Positions 6,714 through 15,049 of a stretch of 33,393 bases of DNA are shown here, piece by piece; position 1 is the first letter of the stretch, and every line of letters starts with the position of its first letter. Origin of the DNA: an uncultured Trueperaceae bacterium. GTDB lineage: Bacteria > Deinococcota > Deinococci > Deinococcales > Trueperaceae. The DNA lies in contig CBDUCW010000001.1 of assembly GCA_965365745.1 (NCBI GenBank), positions 1-33,393 on the forward strand, in the 5' to 3' direction. The notes below the pieces were generated by a model. It searched no databases. It was not told where the DNA came from and worked only from the letters and a program-made list of their open reading frames with translations. The position numbers and the translations under genes are program-made.

Positions 6714-8057
6714 GTGCGCCGCGGGCTGCCGCTGCGCTGGCGGATGGCGGTCTTCACGGCGCTGGCGACCCTGCTCATCGGCGTCGCCGCCACCGCCGCC
6801 GCCTACGTCGTGACCCGTGGCGCCCTCGTCGGCGATCTGCGCGCGGCGTTGGTGCGCGACGTGGAGCGCGTGGTCGAGAACTACCGCGGCAGCGACGGCG
6901 CCCGCCCGGAGCTGGTGGCGGGTCCGACCGGGCGCGTGGGCATCCACCTCTACGCCCCGAGCGGGGAGCGGCTGGCGGCGTCGGGCGCCTTCGACGGGCC
7001 CGACGGGGAGGCGCTGTCGCTGCCGCCGGACTCGGTCGCCAACGTGTGGAACGGTGCCGACGAAGCGCCGGTGACGGTCCGGGCCCGCCTCGGCGAACGC
7101 GACGTCCTGGCCTCGCTGGCCCCGTTCGAGTTCGGGGTCGTGGCGGTGCTCGCCGACACCGCCTACATCGGCCGCACCCTCACCCGACTGGCGCGGTCGC
7201 TCGCCGCCGTCGCGGTCGTGGTCGCGCTCGGGGCGGCCGCGCTCGGCTACCTGGCGGCGGCCGCGTCGATCCGTCCGATCGCCTGGCTGGCGCGCACGGC
7301 GAGCACGCGCGGCCCCGATCGCCTCGAGCCGATTCCGGTGTCGGGGCCGAGGGACGAAGTCGACCAGCTCGCGAGGGTCCTCAACGACCTGATCGAGCGG
7401 CTCAAGGGCGCCCTCGACGCACAGCGCAGCTTCCTCGCCGAAACCAGCCACGAGCTGCGCACGCCGCTGACCAGCCTGCGCGGCTTCGTCGACCGGGCCC
7501 ATCGCCGGGCCACGCCCGAAGTGCGGCGCGACCTCGACGACGCGCGCCGCGTGGCCGACACGATGGCGCGGCTGGTCGAGGACCTGCTGCAGCTCTCGCG
7601 CGGGCAGTTGGTGCGCGACGTCGAGCCCCACCTCGTCGAACCCGTGGCCGACGTGATGCGCCCGGTGGCGGAGGAGTTCCCGGGCGTCCGCATCGCCGAG
7701 ACGGAGAGCGAGGATCGCGTGCTCGTGGGCGACCCCGAGCGGTTGCGCCAGCTGGTGCGGAACCTCACGGCCAACGCGGTGCGGGCGGCCGGCGCCGACG
7801 GCGTCGAGGTCGCCTGCCGGAGCCACGGGAGCTGGGTCGTGCTCGAGGTGCGCGACGACGGACCCGGAATCCCCCCCGAAGAGCAGGAGGGCGTGTTCGA
7901 CAAGTTCCGCAAGGGCGTGGGCGGCGGCGCCGGTCTCGGCCTGGCCATCGCCCGGCAGGTCGCCGAGCATCACGGGGGAACGCTCGACGTCGAGAGCCGT
8001 CCGGGGCGCACCGTGTTCCGCGTGCGTCTGCCCGCGGCCGTGCAGGACGAGGGCTAG
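6714..8057 (+). CDS. sensor histidine kinase (2 TM, periplasmic loop, HAMP, HisKA, HATPase_c)
   Basis: VRRGLPLRWRMAVFTALATLLIGV.. is a typical kinase N-terminus. Second TM LARSLAAVAVVVALGAAALGYL, then the HAMP region (IRPIAWLARTA...VDQLARVLNDLIERL). H-box FLAETSHELRTPLTSL, N-box LVRNLTANAV, and G-boxes DDGPGIP and GGGAGLGLAIA. Start is ambiguous: GTG 6714 (chosen), ATG 6744, or ATG 6594 if the RND-like segment is translated. Confidence 0.9.
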   Translation: MRRGLPLRWRMAVFTALATLLIGVAATAAAYVVTRGALVGDLRAALVRDVERVVENYRGSDGARPELVAGPTGRVGIHLYAPSGERLAASGAFDGPDGEALSLPPDSVANVWNGADEAPVTVRARLGERDVLASLAPFEFGVVAVLADTAYIGRTLTRLARSLAAVAVVVALGAAALGYLAAAASIRPIAWLARTASTRGPDRLEPIPVSGPRDEVDQLARVLNDLIERLKGALDAQRSFLAETSHELRTPLTSLRGFVDRAHRRATPEVRRDLDDARRVADTMARLVEDLLQLSRGQLVRDVEPHLVEPVADVMRPVAEEFPGVRIAETESEDRVLVGDPERLRQLVRNLTANAVRAAGADGVEVACRSHGSWVVLEVRDDGPGIPPEEQEGVFDKFRKGVGGGAGLGLAIARQVAEHHGGTLDVESRPGRTVFRVRLPAAVQDEG

Positions 8058-8211
8058 GCGCAGCGGATCGCCGCCCGCGCGCGGTTCGGGCTCGCGCCGT
8101 CGGCCGGTCGGGCGTCCCGATCGGCGCGTCCCTTCCGGACCGCAGGCGTCGTACACGCTGCACGGCTCGCGCGGGCCGCCGGCCGGCGGGGCGTCGACCG
8201 GAGGCTGCGCC

Positions 8212-8760
8212 TCAGAGGCGCGGCAGGGTCACCCCGCGCTGCCCCTGGTACTTGCCCTTCCGATCGGCGTACGTCACCTCGGGCCGGTCGCCCTGGAAGA
8301 ACAGCAGCTGCACGATCCCCTCGTCGGCGTAGACCTTCGCCGGCAGCGGGGTCGTGTTCGACAGCTCGAGGGTCACGTGCCCCTCCCAGCCCGGCTCGAG
8401 CGGCGTGACGTTGGCCACGATGCCGCAGCGGGCGTACGAGCTCTTCCCGAGCGCGACGACCATGACGTCGTCGGGAATCCGCAGGTACTCGACCGAGCGC
8501 GTGAGGGCGAAGGAGTTCGGGGGGATGATGCAGGTCGAGCCCTCGATCTCGACCAGGCTGTCGGTGTCGAACGACTTCGGGTCGACGACCGTGTTGAACG
8601 CGTTCACGAACACGCGCCACTCGGGGGCAGCGCGCAGGTCGTAGCCGAAGCTCGACAGCCCGTAGCTGATCACGCCCTCGCGCTCGAGGTGCTCGACGTA
8701 GGGCTCGATCATGCCCTGCTTCGCCCGTTCGCGAATCCACCAGTCGGGTTTGATGCTCAT
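8212..8760 (-). CDS. dcd: dCTP deaminase
   Basis: [104 protein letters not shown] 8760 is preferred over the TTG at 8775 used by the ORF track. Confidence 0.93.
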   Translation of the reverse strand: MSIKPDWWIRERAKQGMIEPYVEHLEREGVISYGLSSFGYDLRAAPEWRVFVNAFNTVVDPKSFDTDSLVEIEGSTCIIPPNSFALTRSVEYLRIPDDVMVVALGKSSYARCGIVANVTPLEPGWEGHVTLELSNTTPLPAKVYADEGIVQLLFFQGDRPEVTYADRKGKYQGQRGVTLPRL

Positions 8761-8765
8761 GGCGG

Positions 8766-8774
8766 AGTCTATCA
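8766..8774 (-). promoter_or_regulatory. extended -10 box TGATAGACT, 5 nt before the dcd ATG
   Basis: Minus strand reads GGT TGA TAG ACT CCGCC ATG. The TGA is also the stop codon of the upstream gene. There is no SD before dcd. Confidence 0.4.
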
Positions 8775-9275
8775 ACCGGGGTCGGGAGCGGCTCCGCCGT
8801 GGGACGGTCGACCGGCGGCGCCTTCGTGGCCGGCATAGGGGATGAGCGTCAGGGTGCCGTGTTCGCGCACCGGGCGGCCGTCCACGAGGTCCACGTCGCT
8901 GGCGACCACGAGCTCGGCGAAGGCGAGGCCGGCGAGCTCCGCGGTCACGCGCAGCACGCGGCCGCGGGCGTGGATCACGAAGCGGTTGTGCTCGGGATCC
9001 GTGTAGATCGTGCCGAACCAGGTGCCCTCGAGGAGGCCGACGTCGGCGTCGAGCCGGAACGTGGCGGAGACCGGTTGGAGCGGCGGCGGCGGGGTGCGGT
9101 GCACCACCTGGAGTTTCACGCGGAGGTCGCCTTCGAGCGGCGGCGCCGTGCTCCCCTCGGTTTCGAAGGTGAGGATCTGGCGCTCGCCGGGCGCGGAGTC
9201 GATCGAGGGGGCGCCGATGGAATCGAGCGAGAACGGCATGGCGAGGGGCCGTCCGTCGAAGCCGTGCAGCGCCAT
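8772..9275 (-). CDS. hypothetical protein (no recognisable family)
   Basis: C-terminal 167 aa of ORF 8772..9683 are protein-like ([72 protein letters not shown]..). The upstream part is Arg/Pro junk. Alternative start at ATG 9311. Confidence 0.6.
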   Translation of the reverse strand: MALHGFDGRPLAMPFSLDSIGAPSIDSAPGERQILTFETEGSTAPPLEGDLRVKLQVVHRTPPPPLQPVSATFRLDADVGLLEGTWFGTIYTDPEHNRFVIHARGRVLRVTAELAGLAFAELVVASDVDLVDGRPVREHGTLTLIPYAGHEGAAGRPSHGGAAPDPG

Positions 9276-9410
9276 CAGAGGGCGCACCGGCGGGCGCCGG
9301 CCGGGGGGCATGCGTGCGTTGGGTCCATGAACCAGAGTGCCAGATTTGGGCCCAGCGATCCAGGTCGGAAGGGCCGGCTCGGGCCCGCCCGTTCCTGCCG
9401 TCCGGCCCCG

Positions 9411-9431
9411 ACGGGGCCGGAGTCGCGTGCG
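9411..9431 (-). terminator. GC-rich hairpin downstream of the MFS gene
   Basis: tCCGGCCCC-gac-GGGGCCGGa gives a 9-bp stem with a 3-nt loop, about 60 nt after the stop at 9490. No U-tract. Confidence 0.35.
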
Positions 9432-9489
9432 GGCGCTCGTCGGCTCCACTGCGCGCCCGGGAGCGCTGCGGTTCGCCTTCGCGCGCGAC

Positions 9490-10854
9490 TCAGGACCGAT
9501 CGGACGCGTCGGGCCCAGACCCGGGGGAGGGTGCACCCGCGCTCGCGGCACCGGCCTCGGGCTCCGTCGCACCCGTCGAAGGCGCGTCGGGAGCGTCGTC
9601 TCTCCGCGCCCGTGGGCCGCCCGTTTCCGGCGTCCCCCACGCAAAGGTGGCCGCGGCCCCGGCACCCACGAGCGCCACCGCACCCGCTGCGGCCGGCAGC
9701 GCCAACGCGCCGGCGATCCCGCCGACGAGCAGCGGCACGACCATGCGGCCGGCGTCGCCGAGCAGGCGCCAGGCCCCGAGGAACGTGTTCATGCGCCCGC
9801 TCGGGGCGAGGTCGGCGCCGAGCGTCATCATCGTGCCCGCGCCCAGGCCGTTGCCGAATCCCATCCCGGCCGCCACCGCCGCGAAGCCGATCGGTCCGCC
9901 GGTCAGCGGGAGGGCCGCCATGGCGAGCGCCTGCAAGCCGAAGCTCGGCACGATCGCCCACTTGCGGCCCCAGCGGTCCATCAGCCAGCCCGCGACCGGA
10001 AAGAGGCTCGCATCGATGAGCGCCGCCAGCGACACGACGAACCCGATCGTGCCGACGCCGAGCCCGAGCACCAGGTCGCCCCAGAGCGGGATGACCACCT
10101 GGCGTCCGGCGCGGATCCCCTGCCCGAGGAGCTGGCCGCTCGCGGCCCAGACCACGGCGCCCGGGCGCGGACCGAGCAGGCCGCGCAGGTCGAGGCTCTC
10201 GCGCAGCGAGGGCGCCGTGCGGGGCTGCGGCGCCGCGCCGGGGAGGCGCAGCACGAGCGGGAGGGTGGCCAGGAGCGCAGCACCCGCCACGACCATGGCG
10301 ACCTCGAGCCCCGCCCACGCCCCCACCGCCCCGCCGACGGCCGGTCCGAGCAGCGCCCCCATGCGATTGACGCCCCCTGCGGCCGATACGGCGCGTCCGC
10401 GCCCGCCGCGCCGCGTGATCTCGGCCAGGAAGCTGTGCCGCGAGAGTCCGAACAGCGCCCGCCCCACGCCGCTGACCACGCGCAGCCCGATCACCCACGC
10501 GATGGCCAGCGCGCCGGCCTGCCCGGGGACGAGCGGCAGCGCGAGCACGCTGCTCCCGACGAGGAGCACGCCCAGCACCATCGAGCGCCGTTGCCCGAGC
10601 CGCTCCACCAGCGCGCCGGCGGGCAGGTCGGCGAGCAGCGTGCCCAGCGCCGCCGCCGCCAGCACCATGCCGATCACGCCGATCGACGGGGTGAGATCGG
10701 CGGCGTAGATCGGCAGCACGGGCACCAGCACGCCTTCCGAGAAGGCCAACGCGGCCGTCGGAAGGTAGACGGGAACGATCAGGCGCCGCAGCGAGACGCG
10801 CCCGTCCGGGGCGGAGGACGGGCGACGAGCGCGGGGCGGGTCGCGGCGCGGCAT
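9490..10854 (-). CDS. MFS transporter
   Basis: 454 aa with about 12 hydrophobic helices. MFS-like loop motifs (GALVERLGQRRSM, DRWGRKW). Low-complexity Ala/Pro/Gly C-terminal tail. Confidence 0.85.
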   Translation of the reverse strand: MPRRDPPRARRPSSAPDGRVSLRRLIVPVYLPTAALAFSEGVLVPVLPIYAADLTPSIGVIGMVLAAAALGTLLADLPAGALVERLGQRRSMVLGVLLVGSSVLALPLVPGQAGALAIAWVIGLRVVSGVGRALFGLSRHSFLAEITRRGGRGRAVSAAGGVNRMGALLGPAVGGAVGAWAGLEVAMVVAGAALLATLPLVLRLPGAAPQPRTAPSLRESLDLRGLLGPRPGAVVWAASGQLLGQGIRAGRQVVIPLWGDLVLGLGVGTIGFVVSLAALIDASLFPVAGWLMDRWGRKWAIVPSFGLQALAMAALPLTGGPIGFAAVAAGMGFGNGLGAGTMMTLGADLAPSGRMNTFLGAWRLLGDAGRMVVPLLVGGIAGALALPAAAGAVALVGAGAAATFAWGTPETGGPRARRDDAPDAPSTGATEPEAGAASAGAPSPGSGPDASDRS

Positions 10855-10861
10855 GCCGACG

Positions 10862-10870
10862 ACGCTAGCA
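10862..10870 (-). promoter_or_regulatory. extended -10 box TGCTAGCGT, 7 nt before ATG 10854 (leaderless-type)
   Basis: Minus strand reads GTGCTAGCGT CGTCGGC ATG CCG CGC. No SD. Confidence 0.45.
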
Positions 10871-10890
10871 CTCGGGGGGCTCGGGGCGGA

Positions 10891-10899
10891 TGGTAGAGT
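10891..10899 (+). promoter_or_regulatory. extended -10 box TGGTAGAGT, 8 nt before GTG 10908 (leaderless-type)
   Basis: aTGGTAGAGT cccgcatc GTG CTC CTG GCC GTC GAC. It overlaps the ATG 10890 that the ORF track uses as the start. Confidence 0.4.
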
Positions 10900-10907
10900 C
10901 CCGCATC

Positions 10908-11708
10908 GTGCTCCTGGCCGTCGACGTGGGCAACACCAGCACCGTGATGGGCCTCTACGACGGGGCCGATCTGGTGGCGCACTGGCGGGTGTCGACCAAT
11001 CGCATGCGGATGGCCGATCAGTATGCGGTCTTCCTCAAGAACCTGCTCGAACTCGAGGATCTCGAGGCCCCGGATCGCGCCGTGGTGTCGTCGGTGGTTC
11101 CGCCGGTCGGGCCCGAGCTGACCAAGGCGCTCACGCGCTACTGGGGCATCGAAACGCGCTTGGTGACGAGCGACCTGGTACGGCCCCTGCTGTCGGTCGA
11201 GACCGACAACCCGCGCGAGGTGGGGGCGGACCGCATGGTCAATGCGGTCGCCGCCCTGGAGCGTCCGAGCGACGCCTGGATCTGCGTGGACTTCGGCACG
11301 GCGACGAACTTCGATCTCATCCTCGCGCCGAACCGCCTGATCGGCGTCGCGCTCGCGCCGGGGCCCGGCGTGGCCGCCGAGGCCTTGATGAGCCGGGCGG
11401 CGAAGCTGCCGCGCGTCGAGCTCGTGGCGCCGGCGCGGGTCGTGGGGACGAACACGGTGGCGGCCCTGCAGTCGGGCCTCGTCTTCGGCTACGCCGAGAT
11501 GGTCGACGGCATGGTGCGGCGCATCCGGCGCGAGGCCCGCGACGTGCACATGCGCGGCATGGACTTCGGCGATCGCGAGCCGCGATTCACGGTCATCGCC
11601 ACCGGGGGCTTCGCCGAGGTGCTCGAGGGGCACTGCACCAGCATCGACGTGTACGACCCGCTGCTGACGCTCGAGGGCCTGCGCCGGATCGCCACGCGAA
11701 TTGCATAG
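10908..11708 (+). CDS. coaX: type III pantothenate kinase
   Basis: (V)LLAVDVGNTSTVMGLY..VSSVVP..NPREVGADRMVNAVAA..ICVDFGTATNFD..GTNTVAALQSGLVFGY..VIATGG. GTG 10908 gives the usual M-LLAxDxGNT N-terminus; ATG 10890 is the alternative. Confidence 0.9.
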   Translation: MLLAVDVGNTSTVMGLYDGADLVAHWRVSTNRMRMADQYAVFLKNLLELEDLEAPDRAVVSSVVPPVGPELTKALTRYWGIETRLVTSDLVRPLLSVETDNPREVGADRMVNAVAALERPSDAWICVDFGTATNFDLILAPNRLIGVALAPGPGVAAEALMSRAAKLPRVELVAPARVVGTNTVAALQSGLVFGYAEMVDGMVRRIRREARDVHMRGMDFGDREPRFTVIATGGFAEVLEGHCTSIDVYDPLLTLEGLRRIATRIA

Positions 11709-11709
11709 A

Positions 11710-11732
11710 CCTGCGACGCCGGGCGCCGCAGG
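11710..11732 (+). terminator. hairpin immediately after the coaX stop, between convergent genes
   Basis: CCTGCG-a-CG..CG-c-CGCAGG starts 2 nt after the TAG. A second stem CCCGCG/CGCGGG lies at 11745-11763. No U-tract. Confidence 0.4.
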
Positions 11733-11786
11733 CCGGGATCCACCCCCGCGCGGAACCCGCGGGCCGCGGAGGGTCGTGGGCTGGCC

Positions 11787-12362
11787 TCAGAAGTGCCAGT
11801 TGAAGCCGACCGAAGCGTCGAGGTCGGGGAACGTCACCGGGGCATTGCTCTGGATTGTCAGGCCGGCGGCGGCCTCGACGAAGACGCCGAGCTGGGGGAG
11901 GTCGACGTCCGAGAAGCGGAACTCGCCCCCGACCAGACCGTGCGCATTGACGAAGAAGTCGCCCGAGCCGCGGATGCCGACCGCGGGCCCGCCGCCGACG
12001 TAGACCTCGAACGGTGCCTCGACGGCGATGGTGCGCAGGGCGTCGAGCCCGACGCCGATCGACGCTTCGCCGCCGCGTGCGTAGGCGCGCGCGGTGATCC
12101 GAAGGTCGGTCCCGGTGTCGAGTCCGTCGACGATTCCGTAGTGCGCCGACACGCCGAAGGGGTATCCGCTCCGGATGCCCGCCCAGCTCCCTTGGGCCTG
12201 CGCGACGCCCGAGGCGAGGGTGGCCAGGACGAGCGCGAGCACCGCCAGCAGGGGCGCCACGAGGGGCACGAAGGACGCCACGGTGCGCGTTTCCGCGTCG
12301 GTGTCGGACGGGGCGTCGGGGGGCGTGGAATGGACTGGGTGCGTGTGGGTGATCGTTTTCAT
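11787..12362 (-). CDS. small outer-membrane beta-barrel protein
   Basis: MKTITHTHPV.., hydrophobic core LVAPLLAVLALVLATLASGVAQA-QG, alternating amphipathic strands (GVSAHYGIV, LRITARAY, FEVYVGGG, FRFSD, GVFVEAAAG) and an aromatic C-terminus FNWHF. ATG 12362 is chosen over the upstream start at 12407. Confidence 0.65.
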   Translation of the reverse strand: MKTITHTHPVHSTPPDAPSDTDAETRTVASFVPLVAPLLAVLALVLATLASGVAQAQGSWAGIRSGYPFGVSAHYGIVDGLDTGTDLRITARAYARGGEASIGVGLDALRTIAVEAPFEVYVGGGPAVGIRGSGDFFVNAHGLVGGEFRFSDVDLPQLGVFVEAAAGLTIQSNAPVTFPDLDASVGFNWHF

Positions 12363-12368
12363 GCCGGC

Positions 12369-12374
12369 AGCGTA
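12369..12374 (-). promoter_or_regulatory. -10 box TACGCT, 6 nt before ATG 12362 (leaderless-type)
   Basis: Minus strand reads GGCAC TACGCT GCCGGC ATG AAA ACG. No SD and no -35 match. Confidence 0.4.
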
Positions 12375-12430
12375 GTGCCGTGCGGGGCCACGCCGCGATA
12401 GCCCCACAACGTGCGTGTCGCGGACGACGG

Positions 12431-12497
12431 TCCGACCGGGGTTCGACCGAAGGTTCGACCGCCGACTCGACCGCCGAATCGACCGCCGAATCGCGGC
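12431..12497. repeat. 12-nt tandem direct repeat array (4 exact cores TCGACCG plus degenerate flanking units)
   Basis: ggttcgaccgaa ggttcgaccgcc gactcgaccgcc gaatcgaccgcc gaatcgcggccc. Cores lie at 12443, 12455, 12467 and 12479 (exact 12-nt period). Intergenic, between the phnE stop (12532) and the OMP start (12362). Confidence 0.9.
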
Positions 12498-12531
12498 CCC
12501 GTGGCCCCGATGCGGCGGTCGAGCGACGCGT

Positions 12532-13356
12532 CTAGACGAGCCGCCGCCGGATGCGCGACGACACCGTGTCGACCGCGATCACCACGACGATGATCACCAG
12601 CAGGATCATCGAGACCTGTTCCCAGCGGCGGAACGAGATGCGCTGGATCAGCGGCAGGCCGATGCCGCCGGCGCCGACGAGACCGAGCACGGTCGCCGCG
12701 CGCAGGTTGATCTCGAAGCGGTAGAGCAGATTCGAGAGGAACTCGGGAAGCACCTGGGGCACCACCGAGTACAGGAACACCTCGAGCCGGTTCCCGCCGG
12801 CCGCGACGATCGCCTCGTTGGGGCCCGGGTCGATCCCCTCGATGACGTCGGCGAAGATCTTTCCGAGGAAGCCGACCGAGTGGATCCCCATCGCCATGAT
12901 CCCGGCGGTGGGACCGGGGCCGGCGGCGGCGACGAAGATGATCGCCAGCAGGATCTCGGGGAAGGTGCGGATCGCGACCAGCACGGCCTTGCCGGGCGCG
13001 GCGCCGCCCACGCCGCCGAGCAGGTTGCCGGCCGCGAGGAAGGAGAGCGGGAAGGCGAGCGCGCCACCGATCATCGTGCCGATGACCGCCATGAAGAAGG
13101 TCTCGGCCATGGCGCTCAGCGCCAAGGGGGCGGTCTCCCACGACGGCTGCACGAAGCCGCGCAGCAGCGGGACCAGGTTGTTCTGCAGGCCGCGCTGCAC
13201 GCGCGCCCAGGTCGGCAGGTCGAGGGTGACCAGGGTGAAGACGATCAGCGCCAGCAGCAGCGCCACGAGGCCCATGCGCATCCGCTGGTTGCGGAGCACG
13301 CGCGGGGGCGTCGGGGGGATCTCGGTGGGGGTGGGGGATTGGGTCGTGGCAGCCAT
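12532..13356 (-). CDS. phnE: phosphonate ABC transporter permease
   Basis: MAATTQSPTP.. with EAIVAAGGNRLEVFLYSVVPQVLPEFLSNLLYRFEINLRAATVLGLVGAGGIG, the PhnE signature region. The ATG overlaps the upstream stop by 1 nt at 13356. Confidence 0.9.
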   Translation of the reverse strand: MAATTQSPTPTEIPPTPPRVLRNQRMRMGLVALLLALIVFTLVTLDLPTWARVQRGLQNNLVPLLRGFVQPSWETAPLALSAMAETFFMAVIGTMIGGALAFPLSFLAAGNLLGGVGGAAPGKAVLVAIRTFPEILLAIIFVAAAGPGPTAGIMAMGIHSVGFLGKIFADVIEGIDPGPNEAIVAAGGNRLEVFLYSVVPQVLPEFLSNLLYRFEINLRAATVLGLVGAGGIGLPLIQRISFRRWEQVSMILLVIIVVVIAVDTVSSRIRRRLV

Positions 13357-14163
13357 CAGATCAGTTTCGAGCGGGCCCAGACCGACAGGCCGTCGATGGC
13401 GAGGACCACGATGAAGATCACCAGGATAATCATCGAGACGTCGCCGTAGGCGAAGAAGTTCAGGCGGGCGAGCAGCGGTTCGCCGATCCCGCCCGCGCCG
13501 ACCAGGCCGATGATGACCGAGGCGCGGACGTTGATCTCGAACACGTAGAGGATGAAGCTCGTCATGGTGGCGGCGATCTGCGGCACCACCGAGTACACGA
13601 TCATGTTGTTGCGCCCCGCCCCGGTGGCGCGCAGCGCCTCGAGCGGGCCGGGGTCGACCGCTTCGATCGTCTCCGAGCCGAGCTTGGCGAGCACGGCCAT
13701 CGTGAACAGGGTGAGCGCGACGACGCCAGGGAGCGGTCCGATCGCCAGGATCGGCGCCAGGATCGCCGCGTAGAGCAGGTCGGGGATCGAGCGCAGGATC
13801 GTCAGGATGCTGCGGGCGATCCACAGCGTGACGGGATCGGTGGTCGTGTTCGCCGACGCGAGGAACAGCAGCGGCATCGCCAGCGTGGTGCCGAAGACCG
13901 TGCCCAGGTAGGCGATCTGGAGGGTCTCGAGCAGCGGCTCCCAGATCTCGGGCAGGTACGAGAAGTCGGGCGTGAGCCGCCCGAAGAAGGTGATGAAGTC
14001 CCGCGTCCCGGTGAGCAGCGCTTCGAGGTCGAATCCGGTCTGCCAGGCCGAGACGAAGAACAGCGCCAGGACGATGCCCAGCGTCAGCAGGTTCCGGAGG
14101 CGCTGCGCCGCCGGGGGGCGCGGGACCGCGGCCGTCGCGGCCCGCTCGGTGGGGGCGGGAGCG

Positions 14164-14174
<11 letters not shown>
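13356..14174 (-). CDS. phnE: phosphonate ABC transporter permease
   Basis: ..EALRATGAGRNNMIVYSVVPQIAATMTSFILYVFEINVRASVIIGLVGAGGIG... GTG 14174 (overlapping the phnC stop) is preferred over ATG 14228, which would overlap phnC by 65 nt. Confidence 0.85.
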
Positions 14175-14934
<760 letters not shown>

Positions 14935-14996
14935 GGTGTCCTCGAGCGGCCTGGCGCGGAGGCTCGCGCCGGCGGCGGGGAAGGTGGCAGGAATTC

Positions 14997-15021
14997 GGCC
15001 CCGGGGGTTGCCCCCGGGGCC
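14997..15021 (-). terminator. 11-bp perfect GC hairpin between phnD and phnC (intra-operon attenuator or mRNA stabiliser)
   Basis: GGCCCCGGGGG-ttg-CCCCCGGGGCC lies 29 nt after the phnD stop, followed on the minus strand by GAATTCC. Confidence 0.55.
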
Positions 15022-15049
15022 GATCTCGGCGCGTGGCGCCGTGTGGGTC

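Noticed and set aside
8177-8192. Perfect 14-nt palindrome CCGCCGGCCGGCGG and a short stem GAGGC-tgc-GCCTC (8199-8211) between the convergent kinase and dcd genes, considered as terminators.
   Set aside because: The palindrome has no loop, and the stems are only about 5 bp without U-tracts. They are not distinguishable from background GC-rich self-complementarity.
9327-9342. Sigma-54-like element TGGCAC-N5-TTCAT on the minus strand upstream of the 167-aa orphan gene.
   Set aside because: The -24 half is perfect, but the -12 half lacks the conserved GC (TTCA instead of TTGC). No enhancer-binding protein gene is nearby. It is probably a chance match.
12431-12497. CRISPR array or tRNA-like element (GGTTCGACC resembles a T-loop).
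   Set aside because: The repeats are contiguous 12-mers with no spacers, so this is not CRISPR. No acceptor or anticodon stems can be drawn around the GGTTCGACC segments.
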